This document shows positions 36,021-44,725 of a stretch of 64,000 nt of DNA, piece after piece (the first letter of the stretch is position 1; each line of letters starts with the position of its first letter). The notes beneath the pieces were generated by a model. That model ran no database searches and was not told the origin of the DNA. It saw only the letters and a program-made list of their open reading frames with translations. Position numbers and translations under genes: made by a program. Source of the stretch: Solirubrobacteraceae bacterium (GTDB lineage: Bacteria; Actinomycetota; Thermoleophilia; Solirubrobacterales; Solirubrobacteraceae); the NCBI GenBank assembly GCA_031177685.1, contig JAPSGI010000012.1:13656-77655 (forward strand). The letters are read 5' to 3'.

Positions 36021-36455
36021 TCAGCGCGCGCGAGCGATCCGCGCGCGCAGCTGCTCGACGATGTGCGGCGCGTTGGGCGTCTTGGCCCGCATCGTGATCT
36101 CGCCGGAGAGCTTGGGCTGGCCGGAGCGGTCGTAGTCGACGCGGATCGCGACGGTGTCGTCCCCCTCCAGGCTGACGTCGACCATGCCCAGGTGCGGGCT
36201 GGAGAACTCGCTGTTGGCCAGCTTCACGCGCCCGTTGCGGCAGTACAGGACGAAGCGCTTCTCGCTGATCCCCAGCGCCATCCGCTCAGGCGTGATCTTG
36301 CCGTGGTGACGCCGGCCCGGCGCCTTGAAGTGCTTGTAGCGCAGGCTGCCGCTCAGCCCCTCCTCGATCAGCACGAGCCCCTCGGACTCCAGCGCCGCGC
36401 GCAGCTTCGGCCGCAGCGTCCCCTTGCCGAGCAGCAGCCGGCCGAGGAAGCTCAC
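36021..36455 (-). CDS. Hypothetical protein (144 aa), translationally coupled to the upstream FAD oxidase
   Basis: GTG 36455 overlaps the upstream TGA (GTGA at 36452-36455). VSFLGRLLLGKGTLRPKLRAALESEGLVLIEEGLSGSLRYKHFKAPGRRHHGKI... has protein-like composition. No family recognised. Confidence 0.65.
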   Translation of the reverse strand: MSFLGRLLLGKGTLRPKLRAALESEGLVLIEEGLSGSLRYKHFKAPGRRHHGKITPERMALGISEKRFVLYCRNGRVKLANSEFSSPHLGMVDVSLEGDDTVAIRVDYDRSGQPKLSGEITMRAKTPNAPHIVEQLRARIARAR

Positions 36456-37840
36456 CCGGTGGGCACGGTGGGCGGGATGTTCTGGTTGAGCGCGAACACG
36501 TTGTCCGGGTCGTACTCGTCCTTGAGCGCGACCAGCCGGGCGAACTTCTCGTCGCCGTAGGAGGCGCGCAGGCGCGCCGCGCCCTCGTCGGCGCCGATGA
36601 AGTTGGGCGGCGCCTGGTAGTGCGTCCACGGCCGCATGGCCTCCATGAACGCGCGCGCGCACGCCGTCTCGTGCTCGGCCAGCGCCGGGTCCTGCCACAT
36701 CGCCAGGTAGAAGTAGAACCACTTCGACTCGGGCAGGTTGAGCGCCATCGCGTCGCGGTCCGTGCGGTCCAGCGCGCCGCCGAGCGGCGCGAAGATGATC
36801 TGGGTGAACGGCGACTGGGGCTCGGCGGCCAGCGCGACTGCAGTGTCGATCGCCTCGTCGGGCAGCTCGCGCAGGTAGTCGACCTTCAGGTACTCGGAGA
36901 TCCCCCACGGATTGCCGGCGTCGATCATCTGCTGCACCGCCACGTAGGGCATGGGCTGGACCATCTTCACCAGCGGCTCGCCCCACTCCACCAGCGGGCG
37001 CAGGACCTCCTCGCCCTCCCGCGGATCGCCGGCGTAGACCACGATCAGGCCGGTCGCGGGCTTGCCCCGCGCCTCCTCGGGCACGAACTCCTCGGGCGGC
37101 GCGGTGAGCAGCGCCAGGCCGCCCCCGACCTCGTCGGGCGCCTGCTCGACGAAGTCGCGGTAGAAGCGCATGAGCTCGGGCGCGGCCGACCGGGGGTGCA
37201 TGATCATCCCGGCGTAGACGATCGGCCCGATTGGATGCAGGCGGAACTCGAACTCGGTCACGACCCCGAAGTTGCCGCCGCCGCCCTTCAGGCCCCAAAA
37301 GAGCTCCGGGTTCTCGTCGGCGCTGGCGCGCAGCACGCGGCCGTCCGCGGTCACGACCTGCGCGGAGATCAGGCTTTCGCACGTGGCGCCGAGCTTGCGG
37401 TCGATCCAGCCCGAGCCGCTGCCCAGGGTGAGGCCGGCGATCCCGGTGTGGGTGACCCGGCCGCCCGTGACGGCCAGGCCGTGCTCCTGCGTGGCGGCGT
37501 CGAACTCCCCCCAGGTCAGTCCGGCGCCGAAGCGGCCAGTCCGGGCCTCGGCGTCGATCTCGATGTTCTTCATCGGGCCCGTGTCGATGACGAGCCCGCC
37601 GTCGCAGGAGCAGTACCCGGCGGTCGAGTGCCCGCCGCCGCGCACCGCCACGGCCAGTTCCTGCTCGCGCGCGTGCGCGAGGGCGGCCTGCACGTCGCCC
37701 GGCGTGGCGCAGCGGGCGATGAGGGCGGGGCGCTTGTCGATCGCCCCGTTGAAGATCTGGCGTGCCTCGTCGTAACCCGGGTCGTCCGGTCGGATCAGCT
37801 CGCCCGTGAACTGCGAGTCCAGCGTCGTCTGGGTGCTCAT
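36452..37840 (-). CDS. FAD-binding oxidoreductase, BBE/VAO family (paralog 2 of 3)
   Basis: ATG 37840 is preceded by GGGGAGAGAC, inside track ORF 36452..38002. [69 protein letters not shown]. Confidence 0.9.
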   Translation of the reverse strand: MSTQTTLDSQFTGELIRPDDPGYDEARQIFNGAIDKRPALIARCATPGDVQAALAHAREQELAVAVRGGGHSTAGYCSCDGGLVIDTGPMKNIEIDAEARTGRFGAGLTWGEFDAATQEHGLAVTGGRVTHTGIAGLTLGSGSGWIDRKLGATCESLISAQVVTADGRVLRASADENPELFWGLKGGGGNFGVVTEFEFRLHPIGPIVYAGMIMHPRSAAPELMRFYRDFVEQAPDEVGGGLALLTAPPEEFVPEEARGKPATGLIVVYAGDPREGEEVLRPLVEWGEPLVKMVQPMPYVAVQQMIDAGNPWGISEYLKVDYLRELPDEAIDTAVALAAEPQSPFTQIIFAPLGGALDRTDRDAMALNLPESKWFYFYLAMWQDPALAEHETACARAFMEAMRPWTHYQAPPNFIGADEGAARLRASYGDEKFARLVALKDEYDPDNVFALNQNIPPTVPTG

Positions 37841-37961
37841 GTCTCTCCCCGCTCTATTCGCTTCGCCCGATCCTAACGGCGTGGCGGAGCGCCGTGGCCT
37901 TGACTTCGCCTGCCCCGGCGATACAGACTCGCGCAGGGCTTTCAACTGACGGGAGGTGCCC

Positions 37962-38561
37962 ATGATCGATCCGATCGCGACCGCGACGATCGCGCCGCGC
38001 AAGGCGCGCGCGGACGACTTGCCGGAGCTTTCGCAGACGCTGGCGGAAGCGTTCTTCGCCGATCCGGTGTTCAGCTGGTGGATCCCCGAGGACGACCGGC
38101 GGCGAGAGATCCTGCCCGAATTCTTCGGGGCGATCGTCGAGGCGAACCTCGAGCACGACGAGATCTACGCCGTCGAGGACCTCGTCGCCGGCGCGGTGTG
38201 GAACCCGCCGGACGTCGAGGGCGACGACGAGGCGCTGGTCGCGGAGCTCGGGGCGCGCTGCGGCGAGTACGCGGACACGCTGTACGAGGTCTTCGAGCTG
38301 ATGAGCGAGGCGCACCCGCGGGAGTCGCACTACTACCTGTTCTTCCTCGGCACCCGGCCGCGGTGGCAGTCGCGCGGCCTGGGCTCGGCGCTGATGCGCC
38401 CGGTCCTGCAGGCTTGCGACGAGCGCGGGCTGCCCGCCTACCTGGAGGCGACCTGCGAGCGCAACGTGAAGCTGTACCAGCGCCACGGGTTCGAGCTGAC
38501 GGGCGAACTCCCGTTGCCCGACGGGCCCAACCTGTGGCCGATGTGGCGCGACCCGAGGTGA
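37962..38561 (+). CDS. GNAT family N-acetyltransferase (paralog of 19939..20586)
   Basis: GGGAGG 37951-37956, then ATG 37962 (the track begins at GTG 37956). HYYLFFLGTRPRWQSRGLGSALMRPVLQACDERGLPAYLEATCERNVKLYQRHGF. Confidence 0.85.
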   Translation: MIDPIATATIAPRKARADDLPELSQTLAEAFFADPVFSWWIPEDDRRREILPEFFGAIVEANLEHDEIYAVEDLVAGAVWNPPDVEGDDEALVAELGARCGEYADTLYEVFELMSEAHPRESHYYLFFLGTRPRWQSRGLGSALMRPVLQACDERGLPAYLEATCERNVKLYQRHGFELTGELPLPDGPNLWPMWRDPR

Positions 38562-39938
38562 ATGAGCACCAGGGTTCCTAGCGCACTCTCGGAGTCCTTC
38601 CAGGGCGAGCTCGTCGGGCCGGACCATCCCGGCTACGACGAGCACCGCAAGGTCTGGAACGGCTCGATCGACCGGCGCCCGGCGCTGATCGCGCGCTGTG
38701 CGGGAGTGGCGGACGTCGTCGCGGCGGTCCGCTTCGCGCGCGAGGCGGGGCTGGAGGTGGCCGTCCGCGGCGGGGGACACAGCTTCCCCGGCCTGTCCGT
38801 GTGCGACGGCGGGCTGGTGATCGACCTCGGTCCGATGCGCGACGTCCGCGTCGATCCGCAGGCGCGCACGGCGACGGCTCAGGCCGGCGTGCTGTGGGGC
38901 GAGCTCGACCGGGCGACGCAGGCGCACGGCCTGGCGACGACCGGCGGGATCGTCACCCACACCGGCGTCGCCGGTCTGACGCTGGGCGGCGGGATCGGCT
39001 GGCTGCAGCGCAAGCACGGGCTCACGATCGACCGGCTGGTCTGCGCCGACGTGGTGACCGCCGACGGCGACGTCGTGAAGGCGAGCGCCACGGAGAACCC
39101 GGACCTGTTCTGGGGCCTGCGCGGCGCGGGCGGCAATTTCGGGATCGTCACCGAGTTCGAGTTCCGCCTCGACCCCGTCGGCCCGACCGTGCTGGCCGGG
39201 CCGATCTTCTGGCCCATCGAGCAGTCGCCCGACCTGCTGCGCTTCTACCGCGACTGGATCGCCGAGGCGCCCGACGAGCTCATGACGATCGTGGTCCACC
39301 GCCAGGCGCCCGCGCTGGACTTCGTGCCGCGCGAGCTGCACGGGAAGCTGGTCGCGATCGTCGCGTGCTGCTACGCGGGGCCGATCGAGGAGGGGGAGAA
39401 GGTCGTGCGCCCGTTGAAGGGCTTCGGGTCACCGGTGCTCGACGCCTGCGTGCCCAAGCCCTACGTGGACCACCAGTCGATGTTCGACCCGAGCTTCCCG
39501 CACGGCTGGTGGTACTACTTCCGCGCCTGCGACGTCGCCGAGCTCAGCGACGACGTCATCGACATCACGGTCGCGCACGCGCTGCGCATCGACTCCCCGC
39601 GCACGTCCTTCCCGATCTGGCAGCTGGGCGGCGCGCTGGCGCGGGTGGACGAGGACGAGACGGCGTTCCAGGGCCGCAGCGCGGGCCACACCTTCAACCT
39701 CAGCGGCGTCACCGAGGGCCCCGACGGCTTCGACGCACAGCGCGAGTGGGTCCGGACCTTCTGGTCCGCGCTGGAGCCCCACCACACGAGCGTCTACGTG
39801 AACTTCCTCATGGACGAGGGGGACGAGGGCATCCGCCGCGCCTACGGGCCGGCCAAGTACGAGCGCCTGAAGCAACTCAAGCGCCGCTGGGACCCGGACA
39901 ACTTCTTCCACCTCAACCAGAACATCCCGCCGGGGTAG
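38562..39938 (+). CDS. FAD-binding oxidoreductase, BBE/VAO family (paralog 3 of 3)
   Basis: The ATG directly abuts the GNAT stop (TGAATG). [70 protein letters not shown]. Confidence 0.9.
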   Translation: MSTRVPSALSESFQGELVGPDHPGYDEHRKVWNGSIDRRPALIARCAGVADVVAAVRFAREAGLEVAVRGGGHSFPGLSVCDGGLVIDLGPMRDVRVDPQARTATAQAGVLWGELDRATQAHGLATTGGIVTHTGVAGLTLGGGIGWLQRKHGLTIDRLVCADVVTADGDVVKASATENPDLFWGLRGAGGNFGIVTEFEFRLDPVGPTVLAGPIFWPIEQSPDLLRFYRDWIAEAPDELMTIVVHRQAPALDFVPRELHGKLVAIVACCYAGPIEEGEKVVRPLKGFGSPVLDACVPKPYVDHQSMFDPSFPHGWWYYFRACDVAELSDDVIDITVAHALRIDSPRTSFPIWQLGGALARVDEDETAFQGRSAGHTFNLSGVTEGPDGFDAQREWVRTFWSALEPHHTSVYVNFLMDEGDEGIRRAYGPAKYERLKQLKRRWDPDNFFHLNQNIPPG

Positions 39939-39944
39939 GGCGGT

Positions 39945-40358
39945 CTACGGGGCGGGTGGTTCGCGCACGGCGACCACTTCGAGTCCTTCGATCCCCACGA
40001 AGTCCGCGGGGTTGAAGGTGTAGACGGGCAAGTCGTTCGCGAGAGCGATCGCGGCGATCATCGCGTCGTAGGCGCGCGCGGCGGTCTTGCGCCCGGCTTG
40101 GCGAAGCGAGGCGGCGACTTGTCCGAAGGCGCGCGCCGCGGCGGCGTCGAATGGCAACGGCTCGAAGTCGGCCTCGGCCTGCTGGAGATGGGCCTGACGC
40201 GCAGCGCGCTCCTGCTCGTCATCTGCCACGAGCGGGCCAACGGACAGCTCCGCGAGGGTCACGGTCGTCATGAGCGGCTCGGCCGGAAGTGCGCGGGCGT
40301 CCTGAAGGCGGCGCAGCCGGATCACCGTGGACGTGTCGAGGATTCCGCGCGTGCTCAC
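39945..40358 (-). CDS. vapC: PIN-domain ribonuclease toxin (VapC-type, type II TA)
   Basis: GTG start overlaps the antitoxin TGA (GTGA 40355-40358). GILDTSTVI (first acidic residue), LAELSVG, YDAMIAAIALANDLPVYTFNPADF. Confidence 0.9.
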   Translation of the reverse strand: MSTRGILDTSTVIRLRRLQDARALPAEPLMTTVTLAELSVGPLVADDEQERAARQAHLQQAEADFEPLPFDAAAARAFGQVAASLRQAGRKTAARAYDAMIAAIALANDLPVYTFNPADFVGIEGLEVVAVREPPAP

Positions 40359-40591
40359 AGGCGGGGATCGAGGAGCCGGTCGACATCGGCGCGCAGCGCT
40401 TGCGGATCGACAGCCGGAAGTCGGCGCCAGCGATCGAGCAGCACCTCCGCCGAGAGAGGGCTAGGTGAAGCCGGTCGCAGCTCGGCAACCGGCCTTCCTG
40501 CGCGCGTGATCGTGATCTGCTCCCCGCGTGCCGCGCGATCGACGACATCGCCGCCGTGGTTGCGAAGCTCGCGGATGCTCACTCTGGCCAT
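40355..40591 (-). CDS. Phd/YefM-type antitoxin partner of VapC
   Basis: MARVSIRELRNHGGDVVDRAARGEQITITRAGRPVAELRP is the classic Phd/YefM N-terminal fold signature. 78 aa, immediately upstream of and overlapping the toxin gene. Confidence 0.85.
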   Translation of the reverse strand: MARVSIRELRNHGGDVVDRAARGEQITITRAGRPVAELRPASPSPLSAEVLLDRWRRLPAVDPQALRADVDRLLDPRL

Positions 40592-40598
40592 GCAAAGA

Positions 40599-40618
40599 CC
40601 GTATCACACGTGATACGG
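40599..40618. promoter_or_regulatory. Perfect 9-bp inverted repeat CCGTATCAC-ac-GTGATACGG, candidate TA autoregulatory operator
   Basis: Read directly from the sequence. It begins 8 nt upstream of the antitoxin ATG (40591). Type II antitoxins usually bind palindromes in their own promoter. Confidence 0.5.
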
Positions 40619-40729
40619 ACAGGTGTCGCGGTCGTTACACAAGGCGGGTCGCGGGCGGGACAGACGTGCTCCACGGGCGGCCGTACGTTGCGAGAGGTCC
40701 CCTAAACATCTTCCGAGGAGCCTCTGAGA

Positions 40730-41113
40730 ATGACCTTCGCCGCCCCATCGCACCGCCGCCTGATCGGCCTGTTCGTCGCCGCCATCCTGCTCGTCTCGGC
40801 GCTCGGCGCCGCCGACGCGCGGGCGGGCGTGCACCAGCAGACCACCTACGTCAAGGCCGGGAGCTACCGCACGCTGGCCACGCTGTGGAACACCAGCGCC
40901 AAGGCCGAGTTCCTGTGTCCGGCCGGCGCGAAGATCCGCGTCCGCTACGGCGGCGGCTGGTTCGCGTTTCACCGCCAGAACCAGACGCTGGACTGCACGA
41001 ACGCCAAGCGCCTGTCGGTCGGCAAGTTCTCGGCCATCGTCGCGCGGATGCAGATCAAGGTCGCCGAGTCCGGAAACGTCAACTGGGCCTACATCACCGA
41101 GGGCCCCTCCTGA
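40730..41113 (+). CDS. Small secreted hypothetical protein (127 aa)
   Basis: GAGGAG upstream. Signal peptide MTFAAPSHRRLIGLFVAAILLVSALGAADARA. Two Cys pairs. No family recognised. Confidence 0.7.
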   Translation: MTFAAPSHRRLIGLFVAAILLVSALGAADARAGVHQQTTYVKAGSYRTLATLWNTSAKAEFLCPAGAKIRVRYGGGWFAFHRQNQTLDCTNAKRLSVGKFSAIVARMQIKVAESGNVNWAYITEGPS

Positions 41114-41166
41114 GGCGGCTCGGTTCCGACTAGGCATAAGCCGTTCCCCACGTTACGCTCGCCCCG

Positions 41167-43215
41167 GTGGGGGTGACCGCGGAACTGGAACGGCTGCGAC
41201 ACGCGTGCGCGGCGGTGGCCGCACTTGCGGCCTGCCTGCTCGGGGTCGCCGCCACCGCCGCGCACGCCGCGTTCCCGGGTCGCAACGGCCAGATCGTCTT
41301 CTCGACGGGCCCGACGCCGGACCTCTTCGCGATCGACTTCGACGGGCGCAACGCGCGGCCCGTCGCCGTCCGCCCGGCCCGCGACGAGAACCCGAGGTGG
41401 TCGCCCGACGGCGAGAAGGTCGGCTGGGTCTCCTACGGCACCGGCCGCGCGCAGATGATGGTGGCCGACGCCGACGGCACGAACGTGCGCCGGCTCGCCC
41501 CCCACCCGACGAGCTACGACTACGGGCCGTCCTGGTCGCCCGACGGGCGCAAGATCCTCTTCCTGAGCGGTCGCGACGGCACCGGAACCACCGAGGTCTA
41601 CGTCGCCGACGCGGACGGCACGAACGTGCGGCGGCTCACCTTCCGGCCGCTGGAGGACGCGAGTCCGGTGTGGTCGCCGGACGGCACGAAGATCGCCTGG
41701 AGCTCGCGCGAGACCAACCGGTCGAAGTTCGACATCTACGTCATGAACGCCGACGGGTCCGACCAGCGCCTGTTGATCGAGCGTCCGGCGGTGCAGGACA
41801 GCTCGCCGGCCTGGTCGCCGGACGGCCGGCAGATCCTCTGGTCCTCGTACAACCGCGGCGGCGAGATCTGGGTCGCCAACGCCGACGGCACCGGCATGAA
41901 GCGCGTCTACAAGACGCCCTATCTCCTCTACTCGCCCGTCTGGTCCCCGGACGGCAGGTTCATCGCGTTCACGGAGCGCCGCGGCAGCGGCGACAGCAGG
42001 CCGTTCGACGTGTGGGTGATGCGGGCCGACGGCAGCGGCGCGTCGCTCGTGATCGGCATCGACCGCCGCCCCTCCGCCGTCTCGATCGACTGGCAGCCCT
42101 TCGCGGACCGGGGCGCCCAGCCCGCCTCGCTGCTGCGCGACGGCGGCGCGGAGGGCGGGTTCGGCGGCTACTTCGTCGGGGTCCCGTACCTGGTCCCGGG
42201 CTGGGAGACCAACGGTGGCCTGACCGCGCTGCGCTACGGGCTTCCGGGTTTCCCGTCGGAGGCGACCCCGCCGCCCGTCGTCGCCGCGGGACGCTTCCCG
42301 GTGGGAGGCGTGCGGCCCGGTGACGGCGGCCGGCGCTTTTTGTTCGGCGGCGTGCAGGCCGTCTCGACGGCGGTCCAGGGCGTGGACCTCGCCGAGCGGG
42401 CGGCCGAGATCGACACGGGGCGCGCCAGCGTGACCTTGTCGGGCCTCCTCGGCGGCCGGGGGACGGAGACCGACGAGGGCACGGTCGTGGGGACGTTCCT
42501 GGACGCGACGGGCAAGGCGCTGGGACTCGTCCAGATCGGGCCCGTGACGCCGGCCGACCGCGGCAACGCGACCCGCTTCGTCAGCCGCCTGCAGACCGCG
42601 ACGCTGCCCGCGGGGACCCGGAAGGTCCGCGTGACGCTCACCGCGACGCGCCGCGCGGGTACCACCAACGACGCCTACTTCGACAACCTGGCGCTCACGT
42701 ACACCAAGCCGGAGGACCCGCCCCCGGCCGAGCCGCCGCCGCCCGTCGTTCCACCGCCCGCCACGCCGCCCGGGCGCGACGCCGGCGCCGACGGCGGCGG
42801 ACCCGCGGGCGGGGGAGCGGGACCGGGACCGGCCGCCGGCCGGCTCAGCCGCCTGCGGATCGCGCCGAGGCGCTTCGCGGTCGCCAATCGCCGCACGGCG
42901 ACGATCGCCCGCGGCGCCCAGATCACCTACCGACTGAGCCGCGCCGGACTGGTCACGATGAGGATCGTCCGCGTCCGGCCGGGCCGCCGAGTCGCCCGGG
43001 GCCGCTGCGTCGCGCCCACGCGCGCCAACCGCGGCCGGCGGCGCTGCACCCGGGTGACGCGCGTCACCACCATGCTGCGCCGCAGCCGGACGGGCGCGAA
43101 CTCCGTCGCCTTCTCCGGCCGCGTCGGCCGCCGAACGCTCGTCTCCGGCACGTACCGCCTCACCGCCTCGGCCGCGAATCGCGCGTCCGTGACGTTCCGG
43201 ATCGTCCGGCGCTAG
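41167..43215 (+). CDS. Secreted TolB-like (PD40/WD40-like) beta-propeller protein with jelly-roll-like and Arg-rich Ig-like C-terminal domains
   Basis: GTG start and signal peptide ...LLGVAATAAHAA. Repeated P.WSPDG.KI.F.S.R.G...IYV.NADGS blades. Then a ...NDAYFDNLALTY domain, a Pro-rich linker, and a tail ...GANSVAFSGRVGRRTLVSGTYRLTASA. Confidence 0.85.
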   Translation: MGVTAELERLRHACAAVAALAACLLGVAATAAHAAFPGRNGQIVFSTGPTPDLFAIDFDGRNARPVAVRPARDENPRWSPDGEKVGWVSYGTGRAQMMVADADGTNVRRLAPHPTSYDYGPSWSPDGRKILFLSGRDGTGTTEVYVADADGTNVRRLTFRPLEDASPVWSPDGTKIAWSSRETNRSKFDIYVMNADGSDQRLLIERPAVQDSSPAWSPDGRQILWSSYNRGGEIWVANADGTGMKRVYKTPYLLYSPVWSPDGRFIAFTERRGSGDSRPFDVWVMRADGSGASLVIGIDRRPSAVSIDWQPFADRGAQPASLLRDGGAEGGFGGYFVGVPYLVPGWETNGGLTALRYGLPGFPSEATPPPVVAAGRFPVGGVRPGDGGRRFLFGGVQAVSTAVQGVDLAERAAEIDTGRASVTLSGLLGGRGTETDEGTVVGTFLDATGKALGLVQIGPVTPADRGNATRFVSRLQTATLPAGTRKVRVTLTATRRAGTTNDAYFDNLALTYTKPEDPPPAEPPPPVVPPPATPPGRDAGADGGGPAGGGAGPGPAAGRLSRLRIAPRRFAVANRRTATIARGAQITYRLSRAGLVTMRIVRVRPGRRVARGRCVAPTRANRGRRRCTRVTRVTTMLRRSRTGANSVAFSGRVGRRTLVSGTYRLTASAANRASVTFRIVRR

Positions 43216-43886
43216 CCGTCCTTCCCGTACTCGTCGTGCAGGTTCCACCATCCGTAGGGAGGGGTCTGCGGGTAGCCCTCGGGCGAGTCCTCCCACTCCT
43301 CCTGGCGCCCGAGCGCCGTGATGTCGAGGTAGTTCCAGGTGCTGCCCATCGCCTCGTCGCCGCGCTCATTGACGAAGTAGGTGCGGAAGATCCGGCCTTC
43401 GTCGTCGCGGATGAGCGCGTTGGTCCCGTGCCACTCGCCCACGCCGAAGTCGGCATCGAAGTCGTCGGTCAGCGTGTACCAGGGCATGTCCCAGCCCATC
43501 CGCGCCTTCCAGCGCTCGATGTCGGGCTGCGGCGCGCGCGAGACGAAGGCGAGCGTGGTGTCGCGCGCGTTGAGGTGGGCGAGGTGGGCGACCTGGTCGG
43601 CGAGGAACGAGCAGCCGCGGCAACCCCGCTCCGGCCAGCCCTTCACGCCGGGCTCGTAGAAGAAGCGGTAGACGATCAGCTGCCGGCGGCCCTCGAAGAG
43701 GTCGAGCAGCGTCGCCTCCCCACGCGGGCCCTCGAAGCGGTAGTGCTTCTCGACCGCCATTCGCGGCATCCGGCGGCGCTGGGCCGCTAGGGCATCGCGG
43801 GCACGGGTCAGCTCCTTCTCCTTGACGAGCAGCTCCTGACGGGCGGCCTCCCACTCCTGGGGCGACACGATCGGCGGGGCGTTCAT
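43212..43886 (-). CDS. DUF899 thioredoxin-like family protein
   Basis: PIVSPQEWEAARQELLVKEKELTRARDALAAQRRRMP..., CRGCSFLADQ, WYTLTDDFDADFGV are family-typical. The stop shares CTAG 43212-43215. Confidence 0.85.
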   Translation of the reverse strand: MNAPPIVSPQEWEAARQELLVKEKELTRARDALAAQRRRMPRMAVEKHYRFEGPRGEATLLDLFEGRRQLIVYRFFYEPGVKGWPERGCRGCSFLADQVAHLAHLNARDTTLAFVSRAPQPDIERWKARMGWDMPWYTLTDDFDADFGVGEWHGTNALIRDDEGRIFRTYFVNERGDEAMGSTWNYLDITALGRQEEWEDSPEGYPQTPPYGWWNLHDEYGKDG

Positions 43887-43999
43887 GGCGAGCGTTCCTC
43901 CTTCAGATGGTCATTGACGGCGTCGGAACATACGGCTCTGGAGCGCCGGTTGCTGGTAGGGTCGCGGCTCGATTCGGGAGCGGGTTGGGAGGAGTGGGG

Positions 44000-44719
44000 A
44001 TGACGAAGCTCGGAGGGTTCGCCGTCGTTCGTTACGCGTCCATGATGGTGGTGGTCTGGGCGTGCGCGCTGGTCGCCGCACCCTCGGCGGGCGCGAACCA
44101 CGTTCCGCCGCGGTACTACACGCTTCAGATCCCGGCACGCGACGACGCTCCGCCGAACACGCGTCTGTACGCCACGCTCGGCGGCGTCGGGAACGGCAAC
44201 CGGATCGGAGACCCGGTCATCCTGGCGACGCGCTCCGGCCTCAACGCCAGGCAGGAGTGGCTGCTGATCGATCCCAAGTACCCGAACCTGCCGGAGGAGG
44301 TAGTGAGGGGCGGTACAGGGTGGGATTGCTGGCTGATCATCTGCGTCCCCGGCTTCGAGGGCAAGCCAGGGAACACGCGCAGCTCGCGCGCGAAACTGGT
44401 CAGCCGCTACTCCGGCAAGTGCCTGAGCATCGCCGGCACGGTGAGCGCCGGCGCGGACATCGTCCAGCGGACCTGCCGTGAGACCGATCCCAAGCAGGTG
44501 TGGTGGATCACCGTCGACATCCGCCGGACCCATACCGTGGTGACGCCCATCCACTGGTACCGCTACGGCGAGCTGCGATGCCTCGGGCACGGTCCGCGCC
44601 GCGCCGGGAGGCAGCTGACCGTCCACCGGCGGCTGAGGTCCAGCGAGCCCTGCCCGCACTGGGTGGTCCACCACGCGGTCAGCGCCTCGTGGCGGCGGCC
44701 GTTCACGAATCCGTTCTGA
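44000..44719 (+). CDS. Secreted ricin-type beta-trefoil (lectin)-like protein
   Basis: GGAGGAG, then ATG 44000, inside track ORF 43907..44719. Signal peptide and three Q/HxW-like motifs (RQEWLL, KQVWWI, PHWVV) with ...GKCLSIAG.... GC is lower (about 65 %) than the flanks. The family call is tentative. Confidence 0.6.
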   Translation: MTKLGGFAVVRYASMMVVVWACALVAAPSAGANHVPPRYYTLQIPARDDAPPNTRLYATLGGVGNGNRIGDPVILATRSGLNARQEWLLIDPKYPNLPEEVVRGGTGWDCWLIICVPGFEGKPGNTRSSRAKLVSRYSGKCLSIAGTVSAGADIVQRTCRETDPKQVWWITVDIRRTHTVVTPIHWYRYGELRCLGHGPRRAGRQLTVHRRLRSSEPCPHWVVHHAVSASWRRPFTNPF

Positions 44720-44725
44720 GGCCGC

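Noticed and set aside
35449-36135. Two overlapping intact-looking ORFs (35449..36135 and 35570..36097)
   Set aside because: Neither frame alone gives a coherent protein. Methyltransferase motifs jump between three frames, so I treat the locus as one pseudogene rather than two genes.
41089-43296. 735-aa minus-strand ORF; similar cases at 47165..48832 -, 52004..54127 -, 54290..55825 - (except its last 47-68 codons), 56475..58088 - and 58862..60268 -
   Set aside because: Each is the shadow of a motif-bearing gene on the other strand or frame (TolB-like, beta-helix, HExxH protein, LAL regulator, DUF3494).
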